DNA from: Pirellulales bacterium
GTDB lineage: Bacteria > Planctomycetota > Planctomycetia > Pirellulales > UBA7805
Assembly (NCBI GenBank): GCA_046582885.1
Contig: JAYGDO010000438.1
Coordinates: 1-47,514 of the forward strand
Direction of reading: 5' to 3'
DNA: 47,514 bases
Shown here: one piece after another, positions 41,441 through 47,514 of the stretch
Numbering within the stretch: the first letter of the stretch is position 1
Layout of the letters: each line of letters begins with the position of its first letter
Notes under the pieces: model-generated
Told to the model about the DNA's origin: nothing
Database searches by the model: none
Seen by the model: the letters and a program-made list of their open reading frames with translations, nothing else
Program-made: the position numbers and the translations under genes

Positions 41441-43513
41441 TCATTTCGCCTTGTCTGGTTTACCGAGCCGCAGTGTGCTCGCCTTGCGATCGGCGAGACC
41501 GGTTTTTTCGGCCATGTCCAGCAATACCTCCAGTTCGCTCCGTACGTCGGCCGAATCGGACATGCTGATCATCTTGCCAATCAATGCGGCGATGGAAATG
41601 TTCTTCACGTCTGCAGTGTCCAGGTTGAACATGTCGAAGAACTCGTCCAGCTTCTTTTTGAAGTATTCCGGATCGCCATTGAAGAACGTCTGCTTGATAT
41701 CCTGCAGCACATGGCTGTTGCCGATGTAACGGTCGACAACCTTACCACCGGTGACCGAGTTAACGATGCGGTCGAAGAATTCCGTATCGCCGCCGACGAT
41801 GTCGATCCGCGCGGTCTCCAGCGCCTGGCCGACCACCTTGGCTTGCTCTTCGGCGATGTCCTTCTGGATGCCGATCGCGGCCAGTTCGACATCTTTATCC
41901 TTATTCAGCCTCAATTTGAATTCTTCGTGCTCCTTGCCGGCCTGATGGAACAGCTTCATGGATTTCGCCTTTTCGGTGATGCCATCGGCCTCGGACTGGA
42001 ATTTCTCTTTCATCACCGTGGCTTCGGCCAGGCCTTCTTTCTCCAACGATTCGGCCTTGGCTTTTTGCACGTTGGCTTCGGCGAATCCTTGTTTCTCGGA
42101 GGCATCTGCCTTGGCCACGATCACGCGGGCATCACCCAAGCCGGGGGCCGCGGTCTCGGCGGTCGTGGCTTCGGCCAACATCTTCTTGGCGTGGGTCTCT
42201 TTTTCGGCCGCTTCGCGGTCGGCTTCGGCTTCGATGACGACCTTTTGCGCGAGTAGTTCGGCGGATGTCTTTTCGGCTTCGGCCGCTTTGACTTGCTTGA
42301 CCAAGGCCTGTTGGGCTTCTTCCTCGGCTTTGGTGACTTGCACGCGCTTCGACCGGTCGGCGCCGGCGAATTGCTCGGTGTCGATGATCTTTTGCTCCTC
42401 TTCAACTACCTTGCGCTCGACCATCACCCGCTCGCGGACGACGTCTTGCAGGTGTTTGTTTTCTGTCTCGACCACCTTGTCCTTTTCAATTTCGGCAACA
42501 GACACCGTACGCCGCCGTTCGGTGTTTTCCAACTCGCGGTCTTTTTCAACGCGCTCGGTTTCGACCTTCAGGGTCCGTTGTTTGCTCAGGTCGGCGACGA
42601 TAATCTGGCGGTCCTTGTTCTCTTCCGCAACCTGGACAGACTCGTCAGTCGATATCCGTGCCTGTTCGGCTTTGTTGCGCTGCTCTTGACGAACTTTTTC
42701 CGCCTCGGCCTGCTCGCGGGCAGTGACTGCAGCAATCTCGCGTTGTTGTTTTTGTTCCGCTTCGACACGTTGTCGTTCGAGTTCGTACAGCGTTTCGTCT
42801 CGCTCGACGTTTTGCCGCTTAATCTGCTTTGCTTCCTCAACGTCGAAGTGATTGCGTTTGATGTTTTCGCCGGTCGTCAGCTGGGTGATCTTCTTGATGC
42901 CTTCGGCGTCGAGGATGTTGGTCGGATTGAGCATGTCCTTGGGCGTCTGTTCCAGATAATCGATATGGGCATTTTCGAGCTTGTATCCGTTTAAATCCTC
43001 GCCGATTTGCTTGAGAATCTCATCGCGGAATTTCTCGCGTTCGACATAAAGCTCAACAAAGTCAAACTGCTTGCCGACCGTTTTCAGGGCTTCAGAAAAT
43101 TTGGGGTCGAACAACTCCAGGAGCGCACTTTCCTGCGAAGCCCGGTCGCATCCCAGTTGCAGAGCGACTTTGAGCACGTCGTCCGCCTCTTTGTTGACGC
43201 CGACGAAGAAGGCCACTTTAATGTCTGCCCGCATATTGTCCTTGCAGATCAGGCCTTCCGCGCCGTGGCGAAAGATCTCAATCCGCTTGACCGATATGTC
43301 CATGTCTTCCAACCGGTGAATGATTGGAAAAGACAGCATGCCGCCGAAGCTGACTCTCGTGCCGCCTACGCCCGTGCGGACGAACGCTTCGCCCTGGTGG
43401 ACCTTGCGATAGAACCGCAGGCCGACGATAAGCAGCCCAAATACGAATATCGCAAGCAGAATAAGGACGACGTACAACATGCTGTTTCCCGAGTCTGCGA
43501 AGAGGGCGAACAT
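41441..43513 (-). CDS. Flotillin/SPFH protein (YqiK-like) with long coiled coil
   Basis: N-terminal TM, GLICKDNMRADIKVAFFV, LDAEGIKKIT, extended EA/EK-rich coiled coil; ATG 43513 after GGGAG. Confidence 0.9.
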   Translation of the reverse strand: MFALFADSGNSMLYVVLILLAIFVFGLLIVGLRFYRKVHQGEAFVRTGVGGTRVSFGGMLSFPIIHRLEDMDISVKRIEIFRHGAEGLICKDNMRADIKVAFFVGVNKEADDVLKVALQLGCDRASQESALLELFDPKFSEALKTVGKQFDFVELYVEREKFRDEILKQIGEDLNGYKLENAHIDYLEQTPKDMLNPTNILDAEGIKKITQLTTGENIKRNHFDVEEAKQIKRQNVERDETLYELERQRVEAEQKQQREIAAVTAREQAEAEKVRQEQRNKAEQARISTDESVQVAEENKDRQIIVADLSKQRTLKVETERVEKDRELENTERRRTVSVAEIEKDKVVETENKHLQDVVRERVMVERKVVEEEQKIIDTEQFAGADRSKRVQVTKAEEEAQQALVKQVKAAEAEKTSAELLAQKVVIEAEADREAAEKETHAKKMLAEATTAETAAPGLGDARVIVAKADASEKQGFAEANVQKAKAESLEKEGLAEATVMKEKFQSEADGITEKAKSMKLFHQAGKEHEEFKLRLNKDKDVELAAIGIQKDIAEEQAKVVGQALETARIDIVGGDTEFFDRIVNSVTGGKVVDRYIGNSHVLQDIKQTFFNGDPEYFKKKLDEFFDMFNLDTADVKNISIAALIGKMISMSDSADVRSELEVLLDMAEKTGLADRKASTLRLGKPDKAK

Positions 43514-43518
43514 AGCCG

Positions 43519-44154
43519 TTACTCCCAATCATGTTTGGTGACGAGATGGAATCCTCCGGAGAGGGCTTTAACTATAAGAGCGGCGTCGCCTTGCTTGAGG
43601 ACTTCGCCGTTTTCAGTGCGAGCATTGACGATGATCGGCGCCGAATCGTTTGCGACCTCACATCGTCCGAATTCTTCGGTAACTTCAAGGCTTTTGACGA
43701 CGCAAACTTTTCCCACGAGTGTCGATGTTGGCGGGCGGTGCCGCTTGTAGTATTTGATCGGTTCCAGAAGGAACTTTGTAATCGTCAGTGCGGCAACAAA
43801 ATTTGGTACCGCCAGCGCCGCGGCAAACCAAGCGTTTCCTTCTGGATTGAACAACTCGTTAACCCGAATGGAAGTAACCCACATCAGTAGCGATACGATG
43901 CTGACGTAAAACATGATCGGGACTTCACCCAAGTTGAGGAAACCGAGCATGGAAAAACCGCCGGCTCCGCTGATATCGCCGATGTCGGCGTCCAGGTCAC
44001 CGTCAATGCCCACATCGGCATCCAGATCAAAATCGAACACGTCGATATTCACCAGGCCGACGATCACAAGCATCCAGTACACAACCACCAGAATCAAAAG
44101 TAGCGTGTAGGGCGTATTAACCGCCGAAAACGCCGTTTCATACAACTCGATCAT
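43519..44154 (-). CDS. YqiJ/NfeD-like membrane protein with C-terminal OB fold
   Basis: TM helices around an Asp-rich linker (DFDLDADVGIDGDLDAD), FLNLGEVPIM, C-terminal beta domain; directly upstream of flotillin. Confidence 0.85.
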   Translation of the reverse strand: MIELYETAFSAVNTPYTLLLILVVVYWMLVIVGLVNIDVFDFDLDADVGIDGDLDADIGDISGAGGFSMLGFLNLGEVPIMFYVSIVSLLMWVTSIRVNELFNPEGNAWFAAALAVPNFVAALTITKFLLEPIKYYKRHRPPTSTLVGKVCVVKSLEVTEEFGRCEVANDSAPIIVNARTENGEVLKQGDAALIVKALSGGFHLVTKHDWE

Positions 44155-44539
44155 GACACCGTCTTTCTGCGGGCAGAGACCATCGTCTGCCTACATTTCG
44201 AAAATATAGGATATTTTTACCGGTCGCCCAGATAGGGTGGTCAACCGTTTCCCCTGCCGGACAGCGGCCGATGCTGTTCACGACGCCCTCCGTAAAAATC
44301 AGACGCGGATGCGACTCTGCGGCCGACTCTGTCGAAAGCAGCAGTTTGGCCAGTTCCAGGGGTTATACGGTCCTGAAACTCGCCAAAAGGCGACCTCTTC
44401 TGGGAACGAGTCATCGGAGATGCCTCGGTCGCTCCCACGGCGCCGGTAAGCCGTGCTGTGTTTAGGTATTCGCCGTCGGGTCGTAAATATTTCCGAAAAA
44501 GTGCTAAAATCGGCTTCAAACGCTGACCGCTTTTTTATC

Positions 44540-45223
44540 ATGCACAAATCGCAAATCGACGAAATTCTGCTTAAAACGCTCGAAGACTGCCGCCTTTCTC
44601 GCGGCGAAAAGCGTTTGGTGCGCGATATCCTGGGCGAAATCGGTGCGACCGAACACAACCTGGCATTCGTCCGCCATCGCGTTTTCGAAATTGCCCGGGG
44701 CCAATTCTCCGACGATCAAAGCCGGGCGGTTATCACTTGGTTGGAAGATGTGGCCAAACTACTGTTGCTGCGTTCGCAGCAAGATCGGCCCTCGTCCGAA
44801 GTGGCTTTCAGCCCGGACGACGACTGTGCGCGGAAGATTGCCAGCAAATTAAAAAACACCGTGGACGAAGTCGACATTTGTGTTTTTACGATTACCGACG
44901 ATCGCATCTCCGAGGCGATCGTCGACATTCATCGCCGCGGCACAAAGGTGCGAATTATCACCGACAACGACAAGTCGGCGGACTTGGGCAGCGATATCGG
45001 GCTGCTGCGCCGCCATGGAGTACCGGTTCGCCAAGATCGCTCCGAATACCACATGCACCACAAATTTGCGGTGTTTGATCGCCGCAGCGTGCTGACGGGC
45101 AGCTACAACTGGACGCGGAGCGCGGCAACCAGAAACGAGGAGAACTTCGTTATAACAGACGACCCGGGATTGGTACGCCGATTCTCCCAGCAGTTTGAGA
45201 AGTTATGGGGGGAACTCGGTTAG
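44540..45223 (+). CDS. Single-HKD phospholipase D superfamily protein (Nuc/Zucchini-like) with N-terminal helical extension
   Basis: DICVFTITD, MHHKFAVFD (HxKx4D), TGSYNWT, NEEN. Confidence 0.88.
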   Translation: MHKSQIDEILLKTLEDCRLSRGEKRLVRDILGEIGATEHNLAFVRHRVFEIARGQFSDDQSRAVITWLEDVAKLLLLRSQQDRPSSEVAFSPDDDCARKIASKLKNTVDEVDICVFTITDDRISEAIVDIHRRGTKVRIITDNDKSADLGSDIGLLRRHGVPVRQDRSEYHMHHKFAVFDRRSVLTGSYNWTRSAATRNEENFVITDDPGLVRRFSQQFEKLWGELG

Positions 45224-45273
45224 GCCCCCAGAGCCCCGACGCGCCGCGGAAAATATAACGCCGGCCGCTTAAT

Positions 45274-47268
45274 TTACGGCCCAAAAATCCCCAGAATATC
45301 CGCTTCGGGCTTCAGCCAGCACAAAATATAATAGCCGGCCGCCAGGCCCAACGCGGCAAACACCACGTGGCCGCAAATCAGTATCGTACGCTGAATGCGA
45401 CGTTGTTTTTGCGCTTTGGCCGTCCGTTCGGCGGCGGTCGTCGCCGCCGCTGCGGTGGATTTTATTTCGCCTGCCTGCGGCGTTGTCGTTGCGGTGGCAG
45501 CGGTTGCGGCCACCGTTGGGTTTTCCGCAGTTCCAGAGGCGGTCGCGGCACCGCTGGGCTGCGGCTGCGCGGAATCCGGCGAGGCGAGAGTCGCCGGCTG
45601 GGAACTTGCCAGCGGCGCGGCTGGCGACGCGGGAGAACTCGCCGCGGAGTTAGCCGCCGGTGTTGGGGTTGAGGGCGGGCCCGTTGCCCCACCGGACAAC
45701 TGCAGTATCTCGGCCAGCACCGCCTCGGTAGTCGGCCCGACGACCTCGCTCCCAATAATCTGGCGCCAGCGCTGCAATTGCGCCGAAGTCAATCCTTGCT
45801 CGCGTTCCAACTCGATACGAACCGTGCGGCCGCTGCCGCTCAATTCGGCTTCGACGTTCAGCCTCCCGTTCGTCCCGTAGGAAAACGTCACATCGATGGG
45901 ATAGCCTTGGGGAAGGTCCGGCGGCAGGTTGCGGAAGATCGAGCGGCCGATCTGCGAGCACAGCGACGGCTGCGTACTTTCACCTTCGAGCACTTGCACC
46001 ACAATCGACTTTTGTCCCGGCTTTTGTGTGACGAATTGCCTCTTCACTTTCGCGGGCAGTGCCGTATTCTTGGGAATCACAATCATGTTTTCTCGCTGCA
46101 GCGTCCCCTCTGCAATTCCCTGCAGTCCCAAACTGTGTGCGTTCACGTCGGTCACGTTGAATTGCGAGGCGGGCGCGGCGCCCCGTTTGGAAAGCTGAAA
46201 TCCGGCGAACAGCGCCGCGCCGCGTGCGACCGCTTCGTCGGGATTAATCGATCGATCCGGCACGATACCCGAAAGCTGCTGAATCATGGCCGACACCATC
46301 GGCATGCGTGTGGAACCGCCGACCATTAAAATGCGGGGGATGTCGCGCCAAGAAAGATTCGCCGCTGCCAGCATTTGCCGCGTCGTGAATGAAGTGCGCT
46401 CGAGCAATCCCTCCGTCATTTGCTCGAATTGTTCCCGCGAGACGGGAACATCGACCACGATGCCTTCGTGCTCGACACGAATGCCTACCCGGTCCCGTTG
46501 TGTGAGTGTATGTTTCGCGTCTTCCACGGCAATCATTAATTTGCCGAGCGACATCGGATCCTGACGCAAATCGACCCCGTGACTTTTCTGAAAGACTTCC
46601 GCAGCATAGTCTGCCAGCGCTTCGTCCCAGTCGCGGCCGCCGAGTTGAACGTCGCCGTCGGTTGCCAGCGTACGAATATTTCCCGGTGCGAGGTGAATGA
46701 TCGTGACGTCAAATGTGCCGCCGCCTAAGTCGTAAACCAGAACCTTCATCGTCTGCAGCGGATCGCCGGTCGGCGATAAATAACCCAGTTGCTCACCAAA
46801 AGCCAACGCCGCAGCGGTGGGCTCGTTGACAATGTCGAGCACATCAAGCCCGGCTATTTCGCCAGCGTCCGCCGTCGCCTTGCGGCGAGGTTCATCGAAG
46901 TAGGCCGGTACGGTAATGATCGCCTTGAAGTCCGACCCAATGGAGGCCTGAATGTCCTCCTTCAGCCTCCGCAAAATGCACGCCTGGACAACTTCGGGCG
47001 GTATTTGCCGGCCATTAATTGCTCGACTGTAAAACTCACTGCCCATGTCACGCTTGACGCATTCGGCGACGCGATGCGGTTCCAAGCCCGCGACTTGTTT
47101 TGCCGCCTTGCCGACGACAACTTCGTTTTCGTCAAAAAACACCACGCTCGGCGTAAGTAACTGTCCTTCGGTATTGCGCACCACCGACGACCGTCCGGAC
47201 TCGTCCAGACAGGCCACGGCGGAATAGGTCGTTCCCAAGTCGATGCCAACAGCGCGGAGTTCAGTCAT
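45274..47268 (-). CDS. Hsp70-family protein with Pro/Ala/Thr/Ser linker and C-terminal TM anchor
   Basis: [40 protein letters not shown]; low-complexity linker, basic patch KQRRIQR, then ILICGHVVFAALGLAAGYYILCWL. Start re-picked at ATG 47268. Confidence 0.9.
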   Translation of the reverse strand: MTELRAVGIDLGTTYSAVACLDESGRSSVVRNTEGQLLTPSVVFFDENEVVVGKAAKQVAGLEPHRVAECVKRDMGSEFYSRAINGRQIPPEVVQACILRRLKEDIQASIGSDFKAIITVPAYFDEPRRKATADAGEIAGLDVLDIVNEPTAAALAFGEQLGYLSPTGDPLQTMKVLVYDLGGGTFDVTIIHLAPGNIRTLATDGDVQLGGRDWDEALADYAAEVFQKSHGVDLRQDPMSLGKLMIAVEDAKHTLTQRDRVGIRVEHEGIVVDVPVSREQFEQMTEGLLERTSFTTRQMLAAANLSWRDIPRILMVGGSTRMPMVSAMIQQLSGIVPDRSINPDEAVARGAALFAGFQLSKRGAAPASQFNVTDVNAHSLGLQGIAEGTLQRENMIVIPKNTALPAKVKRQFVTQKPGQKSIVVQVLEGESTQPSLCSQIGRSIFRNLPPDLPQGYPIDVTFSYGTNGRLNVEAELSGSGRTVRIELEREQGLTSAQLQRWRQIIGSEVVGPTTEAVLAEILQLSGGATGPPSTPTPAANSAASSPASPAAPLASSQPATLASPDSAQPQPSGAATASGTAENPTVAATAATATTTPQAGEIKSTAAAATTAAERTAKAQKQRRIQRTILICGHVVFAALGLAAGYYILCWLKPEADILGIFGP

Positions 47269-47340
47269 GCGCCCAATGCTAACAGCAGCAAGACGTCGCC
47301 TCAAGCGTTCACCGGTCGGAGCACGGCAGCCCGCACCGGT

Positions 47341-47369
47341 CCCCAATCCCCGGTCCCCAATCCCCCGGT
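47341..47369. repeat. CCCCRRT heptamer tandem repeat (STRR-like)
   Basis: CCCCAAT-CCCCGGT-CCCCAAT-CCCCCGGT upstream of the Hsp70 gene. Confidence 0.6.
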
Positions 47370-47514
47370 TGCAAAGCAACCGGGCTGCTATGCCGGTTCG
47401 CGGGTGATGCGGCAACCGGGCAGAGACTCCAGGAAGACACGGCCGTACGGTTTGGTTTGAATTCGTGGATCGAGAATCACCACGATGCCGGAATCGGTCT
47501 GCGTACGGATCAAA

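Noticed and set aside
36699-43750. Long antisense and alternate-frame ORFs over the AAA and flotillin genes (e.g. 39301-40092, 40314-41096, 41330-42256, 43007-43750)
   Set aside because: Shadow ORFs expected from GC-rich codon bias; no motifs, and they overlap well-supported genes
44499-44507. CIRCE half-site-like AAGTGCTAA
   Set aside because: No matching TTAGCACTC arm; more likely an extended -10 (TGCTAAAAT) for the PLD gene

Overview
Moderately GC-rich bacterial chromosomal segment. The gene repertoire (short stand-alone BON-like proteins, lid-less Hsp70 paralogs, ExeA/CapB-like pair, CysC with an insertion) suggests Planctomycetota, probably Pirellulales-like; this is an inference. About 35 protein genes; no rRNA, tRNA, CRISPR array or transposase seen. 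Left to right: (1) a partial DUF2582-like winged-helix gene preceded by a candidate sigma54-driven, hairpin-rich ~200-nt RNA whose terminator loop and 3' arm are complementary to that gene's leader; (2) a membrane protein / CapB-like P-loop / ExeA-like AAA operon with a 9-bp-periodic upstream array; (3) metH; (4) a surface-glycan/LPS modification locus (radical SAM + Gfo/Idh/MocA pair, GT2, sulfotransferase, two paralogous methyltransferases, ArnC-like GT2, GT87-like GT-C, GT4, WaaF-like GT9), with four enzymes ending in -AA; (5) two BON-like genes with several ANGGA motifs, then cysC; (6) a metal module: ZIP transporter divergent from SmtB-type ArsR, a His/Cys-rich repeat protein and a Fur-family regulator; (7) acyl-CoA dehydrogenase-like gene, alpha-glucan phosphorylase, DEAD-box helicase; (8) a lid-less Hsp70; (9) pncB-nadE-nrtR-pncA with a clear NrtR box; (10) NfeD/YqiJ-like - flotillin - giant AAA+ ATPase operon with a divergent single-HKD PLD-family gene; (11) a C-terminally membrane-anchored Hsp70. 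Family calls come from motifs read by eye, and many start codons were re-picked by hand. No database searches were run.
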